From the NCBI GenBank assembly GCA_938083505.1, contig CALKCF010000006.1, positions 96,001 to 160,000 of the forward strand: DNA of 64,000 bases, in the 5' to 3' direction. This document shows positions 19,736 through 30,260 of this stretch, one piece after another. Source of the DNA: an uncultured archaeon (GTDB taxonomy: Archaea > Thermoproteota > Nitrososphaeria_A > Caldarchaeales > Wolframiiraptoraceae). Made by a program: the position numbers and the translations under genes. The notes below the pieces were generated by a model. That model was not told the DNA's origin, did no database searches, and saw only the letters and a list, made by a program, of their open reading frames with translations. Each line of letters begins with the position of its first letter. Position 1 is the stretch's first letter.

Positions 19736-22700
19736 ATGAGGTGGAGCGTGACCTATTTGTCATTTTTCCAAGGTAGGTATGACCCCAAAAAAGTTGAAGA
19801 AGTCGTAGCGAATTGGTGGCGTGAGAGAGACGTTCAGAGAAAGGTTTTCGAGAGTAATAAGAACGCACCTATATTTTCCTTCTTAGAAGGGCCACCGACG
19901 GCGAATGGCCTCATGCATGTAGGGCATGTTAGGGGTAGGGTGTACAAGGACATAGTGCTCAGGTACCAGACGATGAAGGGTCTAAACGTCTGGAGGAGGG
20001 CTGGTTGGGATTGCTTGGGATTGCCCACAGAGCTAGAGGTTGAGAAAAAGCTGGGCATTACATCTAAGAAGGATATAGAAACGTTTGGCCTCGAACGGTT
20101 CGTTGAAGAGGCTAACAAGCTCGTAGACTTTTACATAGACCATTGGAAGAGGGCTTCTGAAAGGCTTGCGCTCTGGCTCGATTACGAAAATGCCTACGAG
20201 ACCAGAAAGGAGAACTATATTGAGCACGTTTGGACCTTACTCAAGAAGGCATATGAAGATGGAAACCTCGTTGAGAGCTTTAAGGTTGTTCATTATTGTC
20301 CTTCTTGCGAGACGCCACTTTCCTCACATGAGGTATCGCAGGGTTACGATGAAATGGAGGACCCATCCGTATATGTAAAGTTCCCCCTTAAACGAGGTGA
20401 AAATGAATATGTTGTAACATGGACGACCACACCCTGGACACTTCCGGGAAATGAGGCCGTCGCGGTAAATCCAAACGCAAAATACGTAAGATGCAAAGTT
20501 GGAGATGAGGTATGGATAGTTGGTGAAGAGGCACTGGAAAGGGCAATGAACGATATGGGTGTGGAAAGTTACGATGTAATTGAAAGGGTAAAAGGATCGG
20601 AACTTGTGGGTGAAGGCTACTGGCACCCACTTGCTGAGGAGGTCCCTGCACATAAAGAGCATAAAGATCCAGCTCATACGATAGTGGTTGCAGACTTTGT
20701 CATGATGACCGAGGGGACAGGATGCGTACACGTCGCGCCAGCACATGGGCCAGAAGATTTCGAGCTTGGTAAGTCGTTAGGTATACCGATATTCTGCCCA
20801 ATAAGGCCAAACGGTACATTCACAGAAGAGGGGGGTGCATATAATGGTATGCACTTTAAGCATGTCAGCGAACGGGTGTTACAGGACCTAAGGTCAAAAG
20901 GTCTCTTAGTAAAAGAGGGGAAGATCGTCCATATGTACCCCTTCTGCTGGAGATGCGGAAGCCCGCTCATATACCTAGCAAGCCGCCAGTGGTTTCTTAA
21001 GATAGATAAAATTAAGGAGAGAATGTTGGAGGAGAACAAAAAGGTGAGGTGGCAACCCCAATGGGCTGGGATGGGTAGATTTGGGGACTGGATAGCAGGT
21101 GCAGAAGATTGGTGTATATCGAGAACGAAAGTATGGGGTACACCATTACCAGTTTGGATCTGCACGAATTGCAAAGCGAAGAAAGTCGTGGGCAGTAAAG
21201 CCGAACTTGAAACTGCCATAGAGAAACCCGAAAATCTCAGGCTCTTAAGACCTTGGATAGACAAAGTGATTTTCAAGTGTGAAAATTGCGGTAGCAAGAT
21301 GAAGAGGGAGTCATTCGTCTTAGATACTTGGTTAGATTCTGGTGTAGCTCATTTCGCAGGTGTTGATTATTTAAGGAACAAAAATTTGTTCGAAAAGTTG
21401 TTCCCTTACGATTTCATAACTGAAGCCATAGATCAGACTAGGGGATGGTTTTATACACTTCTCTTCACGTCGGTGCTCTACTTCGGGAGAGCGCCATTCA
21501 GCTCCGTTCTTAACCAAGGACATGTACTCGATAGCGAAGGCAAGAAGATGTCAAAATCAAAGGGCAATGTAATATGGGCCATGGATGCTTTCGATAGGTT
21601 CGGCGTCGATCCCCTGAGATTATACCTTGTATCAAAGGCTAAACCATGGGATACAATCAACTTCGTGTCAGCAGAAGTTGATAAGGTTGCCGAGGAGTTA
21701 AACATACTTTGGAACGTCTTTGCTTTTGCAAAAACCTACTTTGACCTTGATAAATTTGACCCAGAAAGGCACCAAGTAAGGACGATGCTAAGGTACGCTG
21801 ACGTTGTTGATAAGTGGATATTATCAAAAATAAACTCCTTAGTGAAACTCGTGACGAAATCGCTTGAAGATTTAGAAATATACACAGCCGCCAAAGCTCT
21901 CAGAAGCTTCATTGTAGAAGACCTAAGTCACATTTACATCAGGAGCATAAGACGTAGGATATGGGTGGAGAAAGCTACCGTGGAGAAACTTACGGCATAC
22001 TCTGTGCTCTTCTATTTGATAATGAAGCTAGTGGCATTGTTAGCACCCTTTGTACCGTATCTGTCTGAATACTTGTTTGCCGCAGTAAAGCAAAAGGACG
22101 ATCCAGAGAGTGTCCACTTACTAAGTTGGCCGAAGGTTGACGAGGAGTTCATAAATCAAGAATTGGAAGACAACATGGATATCGTCCAGTCTGTATTGAG
22201 TAGCATACTTGCGGCGAGGCAGAAGGCGGGAAGAAAGCTCAGGTGGCCGGTTAACTCCATAACGTTGATTCCGAAAACTTTAAGAGTAAAACAGGCGCTG
22301 AATTGCTTTAAAGATTATCTGAAATCTCAAGCCAATACTAAAGAGCTCATCATACTGGACGTGGGTGAAAGGCCAAACTGGTTACGTAGGAGACCTAAAC
22401 CCATTCTCTCGTCTCTTGGCCCCAAGTTTGGCCCAAGACTCGGTGACGTCATCAGAATGATCAATTCCGTTCCGGCTGAAAGACTTGAGGAGGACATAGT
22501 AGACGATGGTATCGCAAAAGTGGTACTTCAGAATGGGACGGAGGTCGAGCTAACAAGCCATGAGGTAAGTTTCTACGATGAGGTACCAAAGAATTTGAGT
22601 TACGAGGACGGACGCTTTGCTGAGGTTTACGTCGACTTGACGGAGACGGAGACCATAAGATTGGTGTCGTTAGCCAATGAGCTGATAAGGAGAATACAGA

Positions 22701-22930
22701 TTATGCGTAAAGAAATAGGGCTTAATATTGAGGAGGTTATTGAGTGTGTATTGACGTCTGACTCTAGGGAGCTTATTGAAGCCGTTGAGAAGATGAGCGA
22801 TTACATCGAGGAAGAAACGAGGACGAGGTTGAAGATACATGAACAGCCGTTCGAGTCAAAAGAGCAGCTTTACAAAAAGGAGTGGAAAGTAGGCCATATG
22901 CATGTGATGATAGCTTTAAGCAAAAAGTAA
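19736..22930 (+). CDS. ileS: Isoleucyl-tRNA synthetase
   Basis: EGPPTANG-MHVGH, GWDC-GLP, WTTTPWTLP, DQTRGWFY, KMSKS. Start may be GTG 19748. Confidence 0.98.
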   Translation: MRWSVTYLSFFQGRYDPKKVEEVVANWWRERDVQRKVFESNKNAPIFSFLEGPPTANGLMHVGHVRGRVYKDIVLRYQTMKGLNVWRRAGWDCLGLPTELEVEKKLGITSKKDIETFGLERFVEEANKLVDFYIDHWKRASERLALWLDYENAYETRKENYIEHVWTLLKKAYEDGNLVESFKVVHYCPSCETPLSSHEVSQGYDEMEDPSVYVKFPLKRGENEYVVTWTTTPWTLPGNEAVAVNPNAKYVRCKVGDEVWIVGEEALERAMNDMGVESYDVIERVKGSELVGEGYWHPLAEEVPAHKEHKDPAHTIVVADFVMMTEGTGCVHVAPAHGPEDFELGKSLGIPIFCPIRPNGTFTEEGGAYNGMHFKHVSERVLQDLRSKGLLVKEGKIVHMYPFCWRCGSPLIYLASRQWFLKIDKIKERMLEENKKVRWQPQWAGMGRFGDWIAGAEDWCISRTKVWGTPLPVWICTNCKAKKVVGSKAELETAIEKPENLRLLRPWIDKVIFKCENCGSKMKRESFVLDTWLDSGVAHFAGVDYLRNKNLFEKLFPYDFITEAIDQTRGWFYTLLFTSVLYFGRAPFSSVLNQGHVLDSEGKKMSKSKGNVIWAMDAFDRFGVDPLRLYLVSKAKPWDTINFVSAEVDKVAEELNILWNVFAFAKTYFDLDKFDPERHQVRTMLRYADVVDKWILSKINSLVKLVTKSLEDLEIYTAAKALRSFIVEDLSHIYIRSIRRRIWVEKATVEKLTAYSVLFYLIMKLVALLAPFVPYLSEYLFAAVKQKDDPESVHLLSWPKVDEEFINQELEDNMDIVQSVLSSILAARQKAGRKLRWPVNSITLIPKTLRVKQALNCFKDYLKSQANTKELIILDVGERPNWLRRRPKPILSSLGPKFGPRLGDVIRMINSVPAERLEEDIVDDGIAKVVLQNGTEVELTSHEVSFYDEVPKNLSYEDGRFAEVYVDLTETETIRLVSLANELIRRIQIMRKEIGLNIEEVIECVLTSDSRELIEAVEKMSDYIEEETRTRLKIHEQPFESKEQLYKKEWKVGHMHVMIALSKK

Positions 22931-22944
22931 AAGTAGTGGAAAAC

Positions 22945-23838
22945 ATGTCCTTACATGAATTTGCTAAAAGATTTGGTGAGCTTACGGATGAAGATTTTTT
23001 CATCCTCTCAATCATGGAAAGGAATTTAACAAAATTCCGTGAAGTCCCGTATCAAGTAATCTTACAGTCGATCAACTTTAGTGAGGCAAAGTTGGAGCGA
23101 AGCTTGAAAAAGCTTCATGAACTAAGACTCATCTGGAGTCCGAGAGGCAAGAAGATAGCATACGTGTTAAACTACCTTGGTTTGGATGCTCTCGCCCTAA
23201 GAACGCTTTCACTAAAGGGAATAGTATCCGGACTGGGCATGTCCATAGGTGTGGGAAAAGAGGCTGACGTTTACGACGCGATAACCCGCGAAGGTAAGAG
23301 AGTTGCGGTGAAGTTCTTCAGGATCGGAAGGCCGAGCTTTAAAAAGTACGAAAGGGTCAGAGAATCCTTGGTTAGGGTTCATAACTACCTAGAAGCGTCG
23401 ATCAGGGCAGCTTACATGGAATTTAAAGCCCTGTTGATGCTTAAAGGAAAGGTACCGGTTCCTTCACCACTCTATAGGACGAGGCACGTCGTAGTAACCG
23501 AGCTGTTTGAAGGGGTCGAGCTCGCTTTGCTTTCTAAACTCGAGAACGCCGAAGAGGTCTTGTTAAAGATAATCGACGCCATAAAGTCCGCTTACGAAGC
23601 TGGCGTAGTCCATAGGGACCTTAGCGCCTATAACGTCTTGGTTAAAGCCGACGGGGGCATAATATTGATAGACTGGCCTCAATGGGTTGAAAAGAACCAT
23701 CCACAAGCACCCCTTTACTTGGAAAGGGATGTTAAGAACATACTGAGTTTTTTTGCCAGAAAATGGAATATTTGGAACATACCTCCGGAATATGAAAAGA
23801 TTATTGACGAGCTCCTTGGAAAAAGTATTAATATATAA
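22945..23838 (+). CDS. rio2: RIO2 serine/threonine kinase
   Basis: N-terminal wHTH (G-DALAL), GVGKEADVY, HRDLSAYN, IDWPQ. Start placed at ATG 22945. Confidence 0.94.
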   Translation: MSLHEFAKRFGELTDEDFFILSIMERNLTKFREVPYQVILQSINFSEAKLERSLKKLHELRLIWSPRGKKIAYVLNYLGLDALALRTLSLKGIVSGLGMSIGVGKEADVYDAITREGKRVAVKFFRIGRPSFKKYERVRESLVRVHNYLEASIRAAYMEFKALLMLKGKVPVPSPLYRTRHVVVTELFEGVELALLSKLENAEEVLLKIIDAIKSAYEAGVVHRDLSAYNVLVKADGGIILIDWPQWVEKNHPQAPLYLERDVKNILSFFARKWNIWNIPPEYEKIIDELLGKSINI

Positions 23839-23871
23839 ATAACAAAACAACAGTGGTAGGGTCAAGGCGAT

Positions 23872-24555
23872 ATGGGTTTTTACCGATCACCTATAATATT
23901 ATGTATTGTTGGCATAGCGATTGCACTCATACCAACGGTCTTTTATATCGCGTACTCTCAAGAAGTTAGTTTTTTAAAAACGTTAGAAATTGAGATTATG
24001 AGCGGCGTACCAGCATACTTAGGGCTTTCGTTCGCAGGCCTCATAGTAACGCTCTTAGGATTGATAACTTTTGTAAGATCCATTAGGCGTGTAGAAGGAC
24101 CCAGTATATTATACAGTGGAAGACTTTCGACGTCTAGGATTGCAATACCGACTCAAGTAAGAAGACCTACAGTCCAGCAACCACCAGTAAAGCTTATCGA
24201 AGAGGTTGTTGAATCTATAAATAAAGAGTTAGAAGATGCCATGAAGAGAATAACCATGAAGCAACCTACACCCCACTCGACACCACAGCAAGAAGCTCCA
24301 CAGAAGATTTCCATAAAAGTGATTACGGCTGGTATGGATGAAGTATGCCCATCTTGCGGAGCTATAAACCCTTTGGGTCAGAAGGTATGCACTGAGTGCG
24401 GAGCAGACATTTATATTGAAGACCCCAACTTTCCGAGCTGTCCGGTATGCGGCGCTCCTTTAAAGGACCCACAAAAGGTAGACGATAAAATATGTGTTTG
24501 TAAGGTGTGCTTCAGTGAGTTAGAGATTCCAAAGAAGCTTTCGAAAAAGCTTTAA
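23872..24555 (+). CDS. Membrane protein with C-terminal zinc ribbons
   Basis: Two N-terminal TM helices, P/Q-rich linker, four CxxC pairs. Confidence 0.8.
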   Translation: MGFYRSPIILCIVGIAIALIPTVFYIAYSQEVSFLKTLEIEIMSGVPAYLGLSFAGLIVTLLGLITFVRSIRRVEGPSILYSGRLSTSRIAIPTQVRRPTVQQPPVKLIEEVVESINKELEDAMKRITMKQPTPHSTPQQEAPQKISIKVITAGMDEVCPSCGAINPLGQKVCTECGADIYIEDPNFPSCPVCGAPLKDPQKVDDKICVCKVCFSELEIPKKLSKKL

Positions 24556-24586
24556 GTATGATAAAAATATGTAAAACTAAGAATGC

Positions 24587-24838
24587 GTGATCTATATGCC
24601 AACGATTGAAAGACCTTTGACACTTATTGCTAAATACCTCAATAAACCAATTAAAGTTGTCTTAAAGAATGACTTAGTTTATGGCGGGATGATGGTAGAG
24701 TGCGACAGTTATATGAACCTTGTGATAGAGAAGGCTGCTGAGTATCAAGGGAACGGAAAGAAGGTACAGTACTCAAAGGTCCTGATACGCGGAAACAATA
24801 TAATCTACATCCAGTTAACTCCCGTTTTAGAGGATTAA
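24587..24838 (+). CDS. Sm-like archaeal protein (SmAP/Lsm)
   Basis: Sm1 D-YMNLV and Sm2 IRGNNI; lies upstream of MAT as in many TACK archaea. Confidence 0.95.
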   Translation: MIYMPTIERPLTLIAKYLNKPIKVVLKNDLVYGGMMVECDSYMNLVIEKAAEYQGNGKKVQYSKVLIRGNNIIYIQLTPVLED

Positions 24839-24861
24839 TAGTGAGCATTAGATTTATACTA

Positions 24862-24876
24862 TAGACGTTACGTCTA
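24862..24876. promoter_or_regulatory. Palindrome TAGACGT-T-ACGTCTA between a TATA-like box and the mat start
   Basis: 7-bp inverted repeat just downstream of TTTATA (24853) and 18 bp before the ATG. Confidence 0.4.
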
Positions 24877-24893
24877 ACGTCAGCGGAGTTGAC

Positions 24894-26123
24894 ATGAACA
24901 GCAACATAATCATAGAATCGTTAAAGCACAAACCCGTTAGTGAACATGTCTGCGAATTCGTCGAGCGAAAAGGTTTAGGTCACCCAGATTACATAATAGA
25001 CTCTGCATGTGAAGCTGCAAGCGTAGCACTCTCGAAGTACTATCTGCAAAATTTTGGGAAAATCCTGCATCATAACGTCGACAAGGGCCTGCTAGTCGGA
25101 GGAAGAGCGACTCCGAGGTTTGGTGGCGGTACTGTTGATGTACCGATTTACATACTGGTAGCAGGTCGTGCAACTGTAGAGGTGAATAGCCTAACTGGTA
25201 AGACAAGGATTCCGGTAGAGGAGATAATGAGAGAGGCAGTCAAAGAGTTCATTAGGAAAAACTTCAGGTTTCTTGATGCTGATAAGCATGTAGTGATAGA
25301 CTTTAAGGTAAGACAAGGCTCGGCTGATCTAAAAGCGATCGTAGAGGCATCCGATGAGGTGCCGTTGGCAAACGATACATCATTCGGTGTAGGTTATGCT
25401 CCCATGACTCAACTGGAAAAGCTTGTCTATGAGTGTGAAAGAATGATAAATTCAAAGGATTTCAAAAAGGAAATCCCCGCTAGCGGAGAAGATTGCAAAG
25501 TTATGGGCTTACGAATAGACAAGAAGATACACCTAACAGTTGCGGACGGTATAGTTAGTAGTCTTACATATAATGTAGATGAATATAAGGCGACGAAGGA
25601 AGCAATAAAGGACAAAGTTTTGGACCTAACCTCAAAGTATGCTAGCGATTTTGATGTTAAAGTTTACGTGAATACAGCTGATATATTCGGTAAGCACCCA
25701 GATGAGAATGTCATATACCTAACGGTCACTGGAACTTCTGCAGAAGCTGGCGACGATGGTAACACAGGTAGAGGCAACAGGGTTAACGGTCTCATAACAC
25801 CGAACAGACAAATGTCATTAGAGGCGATCGCTGGGAAGAACCCCGTATCGCATGTCGGGAAGATATACAACGTTGCTGCCAAGCTGATGGCAGAGAAAAT
25901 ATACGAGGAGACGAAGGGTGTCGAAGAGGTTTACGTAAAGATTCTCAGCCAGATAGGTAAGCCAATAGACAAGCCGCAGGTCGTCTCGGTTGAGTACATA
26001 CCCTCAAATGGGTGCAGCGAAAATAGCCTAAACTATGAAATTACGGAAATAGTGAATGAAGAGCTGAGGAACATCAGGGACATAACAAGGATAGTCTTAG
26101 AAGGCAAGATCACGTTATTCTAA
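24894..26123 (+). CDS. mat: Archaeal S-adenosylmethionine synthetase
   Basis: VERKGLGHPD, ANDTSFG, GTSAE-GDDG--GRGNR, GKNPVSHVGK. Confidence 0.97.
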   Translation: MNSNIIIESLKHKPVSEHVCEFVERKGLGHPDYIIDSACEAASVALSKYYLQNFGKILHHNVDKGLLVGGRATPRFGGGTVDVPIYILVAGRATVEVNSLTGKTRIPVEEIMREAVKEFIRKNFRFLDADKHVVIDFKVRQGSADLKAIVEASDEVPLANDTSFGVGYAPMTQLEKLVYECERMINSKDFKKEIPASGEDCKVMGLRIDKKIHLTVADGIVSSLTYNVDEYKATKEAIKDKVLDLTSKYASDFDVKVYVNTADIFGKHPDENVIYLTVTGTSAEAGDDGNTGRGNRVNGLITPNRQMSLEAIAGKNPVSHVGKIYNVAAKLMAEKIYEETKGVEEVYVKILSQIGKPIDKPQVVSVEYIPSNGCSENSLNYEITEIVNEELRNIRDITRIVLEGKITLF

Positions 26124-26181
26124 AAAGACTATCATTTAATACTTGCTTGTAACTTATACTTATTATTTTTCGACAAAACCA

Positions 26182-27507
26182 TCACGTTGGTAGATTCAGT
26201 AACCTCAATATCGTTATGTAAACCTCGTTCTTTACTGGGAACCATATAAAAAACCAAACGAGCTGGGCAGACATTATAGCTGTTAGCAAAATTGTAGTCC
26301 AATCACCCCATTCCTTAAGTCGGCTCACACCCATCGCAAGTGCCGGCACTGTTGCATAAAAGTAAAATGGAAATACCCAACGTTCTAAGATATGCGCTAT
26401 CGGGAAGTATGGTAAGTAAGTAAACATCGCCCAGCCTAAGATTAGAACTTCACTAAAGGTGGCTTGGCCCCTCTTGATGTTGATTACCAGCTTATAGATG
26501 TAGATAGGGACGAGAAACCATATTGACCACCATAGCGGACTATAAATTCCCCAGTAAGCAACAGGATGGTAAACGGCAGAATCTGACCTAACAGTCTCTA
26601 CATAATAAGGTGCAGGCCTGAAAGGGTTTATGGGATTTATCCACGATAGAGGCATATCAACGTTGGACGGGTCTGTATACTTGAGTATAGTGTGATAGTT
26701 TAGCATGAATTTGATATGCTCAAAGGGTGTTTGAAAGGCGCCGTACACGTAGTCATAGAGCCACAGTCCTAAGAGGAAGGTGGCAGCTGCTGGTAGGAAT
26801 ACCTTACCAAGATTTCTAAGTATGAACGAAAGCCTGTCCAACTTACGCGTCTCTACTCTAAGACTTTGCGCGATAACGATTATTAATATCGGACCAACCA
26901 CGCTCAGGAAGCTGAGCTTACAAAGCAATGATAGACCCATGAACACACTTGCCATAACGTATACCTTTTTGAGGGCGAGGTAAATCGCAATAAGTGAGAA
27001 ACTCATAGCAGGTGCGTCAAGCATAGCTATCGAGCTTAAGTTAAACGACATGACATCGGTAGCGAATAGTAGGGATGCGATGCAACCTGCCGACCTTCTG
27101 TTAAAAAGTTCTTGGGCTATTAGGCCAACGAGCATTACGGATATTGCACCAGAAACCGCTATGAAGACCCTCCATCCGGCAGCGTTGCCTATGCCGTCAC
27201 CGAGGAGCAGCATACCTGCCATGATGATGAATTTGGAGAGGGGAGGGTGCTCATTGTTTGCCGCCTCATGTTTCATGAGCTTTCTTACTGCTGGAATGTA
27301 GTGAGCCTCATCGAAGATGAAGGCACAACTTTCGCCCCTTATCTCCATACACGCTTCAGGTGGTGCAGAAGGGTTTGGAATGTTTACTATAAGCAATTTG
27401 ATAACTAGAATCGTGGCTGTTAATATTATAATGAAGCGCTTTTGAAAAAATTCGTACATCCTATTAAGATGTATCATCATTAAAGGAGGGGGTTTAAAGT
27501 GTATCAT
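26182..27507 (-). CDS. Dolichyl-phosphate-mannose-protein mannosyltransferase-like (GT39/PMT, GT-C fold)
   Basis: FDEAHY, EHPPLSK, GWR, multiple TM helices, F-FYF near the C-terminus. Confidence 0.85.
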   Translation of the reverse strand: MIHFKPPPLMMIHLNRMYEFFQKRFIIILTATILVIKLLIVNIPNPSAPPEACMEIRGESCAFIFDEAHYIPAVRKLMKHEAANNEHPPLSKFIIMAGMLLLGDGIGNAAGWRVFIAVSGAISVMLVGLIAQELFNRRSAGCIASLLFATDVMSFNLSSIAMLDAPAMSFSLIAIYLALKKVYVMASVFMGLSLLCKLSFLSVVGPILIIVIAQSLRVETRKLDRLSFILRNLGKVFLPAAATFLLGLWLYDYVYGAFQTPFEHIKFMLNYHTILKYTDPSNVDMPLSWINPINPFRPAPYYVETVRSDSAVYHPVAYWGIYSPLWWSIWFLVPIYIYKLVINIKRGQATFSEVLILGWAMFTYLPYFPIAHILERWVFPFYFYATVPALAMGVSRLKEWGDWTTILLTAIMSAQLVWFFIWFPVKNEVYITILRLLNLPT

Positions 27508-27518
27508 TTATCCAACCT

Positions 27519-29114
27519 TCAGCGGAGTATTTTCGTGACATACGGGCCTTCCTTTGCATACCCATGTTTGTAGTAGTATTCCCTGACACCCACACCACTT
27601 ATAACGGCAACCTTTCTACATCTTTCTTCGTTTGCGATATTTTCCGCCTCAGACAGTAATCTCAAACCGAGGCCCCTATGCTGCCAACTCATGTCCGACG
27701 GTTTAACACCCACCGGCGTCATTTGACCATACACGTGCAACTCTCTCACTAAGGCCGCATTCTTCAGCTCAGGTCTCAAAACTTCTGATGGTATCCTCAA
27801 TCTGGTGAACCCAAGAAGTACGTCGTTCTTCACATCTTCGTACGAAATAAAGTACTCTAAGCCGTTCGACGCTTCATATTTTATGGTCTTTAGTTCTATG
27901 TAGTTTGCATCTGGGTAGATTCCTTCCTTTAGGGCCCTATGGCCGATTTCACGACACCTTATACACCTGCAAGGTCTGTTCATGTTCTTTAATCTTCTTT
28001 CGATTACTTCCCTTAAGTTGTATAGTTTGTTCCCTGCAACCACCAACCGCAACGGTATTTCTCTCTGAACCCTAATTATCCTAACGTAATGAGGCACCAT
28101 ATTGAACCATTCATAGAGAACGTCAACAAGCTTCTCGTCGTCATAAGGCTTATACTTACCCTCCCGCCACATCTCGTAAAGCTCAGTACCCGGAAGAACT
28201 AGCGTAGGGTATATCTTCAACATGTCTGGCCTAAAGTTGGGATTGTTAAATATCTCCTTAAACATCTCCAAATCCTTCTCGTAACTGGATCCTGGTAGAT
28301 TAGGCATGAGATGGTAGCAAACTTTGAATGCTAAATCCTTCAGTATCCTTGTAGATGTAATAACGTCAGCGACTGTGTGACCCCTCTTGCAAATCTCGTA
28401 GATTTCATCGTCGAGTGCTTGAACACCCAACTCCACCCTAGTCACGCCCATCTCGAGAAGGGCATTTGCCTGTCCTAGCGAAACATGATCCGGTCTTGTC
28501 TCCACGGTGATTCCGGATATCCTCCTACTGCTGGATTCTGCCTTAGCTAAAGCCTCCTCGAATGATGCGGCCTCCAGCTCGGCTATCGCTTCCACACAAC
28601 GTTTCAGAAAGTGACGCTGGAAATCCTCAGGAAAAGCCGTGAAGGTACCACCTATTACTATGAGCTCGACCTTATCAACCTCGTGACCCATAGAGCGCAA
28701 AATCTCGATTTTTTTCCTCACTTGGAGATACGGGTCATAGGAGCTTATGCTAGCTAATTTGACTGCTGCTTCCTCGCCAGTATAGCTCTGGGGCGTACCG
28801 TGCTCAACGCCACCCGGACAGTAAACGCACCTACCATGCGGACACTTACTTGGAGGTGTAACAACTGTAATCACGGATACACCAGAGAGTGTTCTGACAG
28901 GTTTTACCCTTAATATGCGGGCGAGCTCTTTTCTCTCATCTTCATCCTCGACTGTACTCAAAATCTCTAAGTTTGACGGGACGTAACTGAGGTTCAGCTC
29001 TTTAGCAATAGATATCTTAAGCCTTGAAACGTTACCGTCAGCACTTCTATGATACTTCTCTATAAAGGCTTTCACGAAGTCTTTCATCAAAGCTTCTTTC
29101 GTCATCATTTCCAT
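27519..29114 (-). CDS. elp3: Elp3 tRNA U34 carboxymethyl synthase (radical SAM + KAT)
   Basis: CPHGRCVYCPGG, GGTF, ETRPD, RELHVYG, QHRG-G, ISGVGVR-YY. Confidence 0.97.
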   Translation of the reverse strand: MEMMTKEALMKDFVKAFIEKYHRSADGNVSRLKISIAKELNLSYVPSNLEILSTVEDEDERKELARILRVKPVRTLSGVSVITVVTPPSKCPHGRCVYCPGGVEHGTPQSYTGEEAAVKLASISSYDPYLQVRKKIEILRSMGHEVDKVELIVIGGTFTAFPEDFQRHFLKRCVEAIAELEAASFEEALAKAESSSRRISGITVETRPDHVSLGQANALLEMGVTRVELGVQALDDEIYEICKRGHTVADVITSTRILKDLAFKVCYHLMPNLPGSSYEKDLEMFKEIFNNPNFRPDMLKIYPTLVLPGTELYEMWREGKYKPYDDEKLVDVLYEWFNMVPHYVRIIRVQREIPLRLVVAGNKLYNLREVIERRLKNMNRPCRCIRCREIGHRALKEGIYPDANYIELKTIKYEASNGLEYFISYEDVKNDVLLGFTRLRIPSEVLRPELKNAALVRELHVYGQMTPVGVKPSDMSWQHRGLGLRLLSEAENIANEERCRKVAVISGVGVREYYYKHGYAKEGPYVTKILR

Positions 29115-29140
29115 AATCTTACAGACAAAAGGTCTTGCTT

Positions 29141-30154
29141 TTAATCCTCTTCGTTCTTTAATATTGACAATACCTCAGTATTCAGAAGTGCTATAGCCTT
29201 TTGCGGGTTAGGCCCTATTGGTGAGCCGATGACTATGTGTTCGTAGCCCAGGGACTGTATGGTGAGAAGCTTTTCAGTTACCTGCTTAGGTGTTCCATAA
29301 ATCGTGAAGTTATCAACCTCATCCTCAACGAGAGACTTGGCTTCTTGGAGATCCATACGCATAAGTGCCAACCTAACCTTCGATGCTTTTTCTGCGCTTA
29401 CACCTAACCGTTCGAGGACTGTATCGTTCGAGCCTGCAAGTATGTATGCGGCATATGGCAATGCCGCCTTTTTCGCAAGCAAAACGTCGTCCGATATTGA
29501 GACAGGAGTATGGGCTACTATGTCAATATTCGATGGGTTTCTTCCAACGTTCATGCTTGTATGGTATATTAAATTATACGCATATCTTAACATATCCTCG
29601 TCGGAGAAGTTTACAAGTATACCGTCGGCAAAACGTGTCGCCATCTTGAGCATGTTGTCACCTTGGGCACCAACATAGACGGGGATGTTGTTCTGATCTC
29701 CGAAGTTTAGTTTCGCATTTATTAATTTAAACGCAGTGCCGGAAAGATTAACGAATTCCCCCCTTAGTAGTCCCTTGATGGAAAGTAACGCATCCCTTAC
29801 CACACTCACTGGATTGTACCTCTCAAAACCTAGTTGCATAAGGCTCAGAAAGTCGCCCGCTCCTATGCCGCACACAACCCTACCCTTTGCCAAATCCGTT
29901 AGGGTTAAGATGCTCTGGGCTATGTATGCCGGATGATGTATATATGGGCTTAACACACCAGGACCTATTTTGGTATGCTGAGTAGCTGATGCGATAAAAG
30001 CCAAGGCGATGAATACATTTTTGTTATGATAGTGGTCGCTGACCCATATCGTATCGAAACAAAGCCCATCGATCACTTTGGCTAACTCTCTAAGGATTGT
30101 GAGATGCCATTTTGGTGTAAGTTCTACAGAAAGTTTAAAGGTCAACGAGTCCAC
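29141..30154 (-). CDS. F420-dependent LLM oxidoreductase, Mer-like
   Basis: WVSDHY, GPGV--PY--HP, G-GAGD, YVGAQG, GSPIGP. Confidence 0.85.
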   Translation of the reverse strand: MDSLTFKLSVELTPKWHLTILRELAKVIDGLCFDTIWVSDHYHNKNVFIALAFIASATQHTKIGPGVLSPYIHHPAYIAQSILTLTDLAKGRVVCGIGAGDFLSLMQLGFERYNPVSVVRDALLSIKGLLRGEFVNLSGTAFKLINAKLNFGDQNNIPVYVGAQGDNMLKMATRFADGILVNFSDEDMLRYAYNLIYHTSMNVGRNPSNIDIVAHTPVSISDDVLLAKKAALPYAAYILAGSNDTVLERLGVSAEKASKVRLALMRMDLQEAKSLVEDEVDNFTIYGTPKQVTEKLLTIQSLGYEHIVIGSPIGPNPQKAIALLNTEVLSILKNEED

Positions 30155-30260
30155 CGTTTACCATATATGCATTATTTAGTATGCAAAATACTTTAAAATT
30201 ATGTTTAGAGATCCATTAGGATTGGAAACGGTTATATTTTCATGGGTTTCCTAAAAACAC

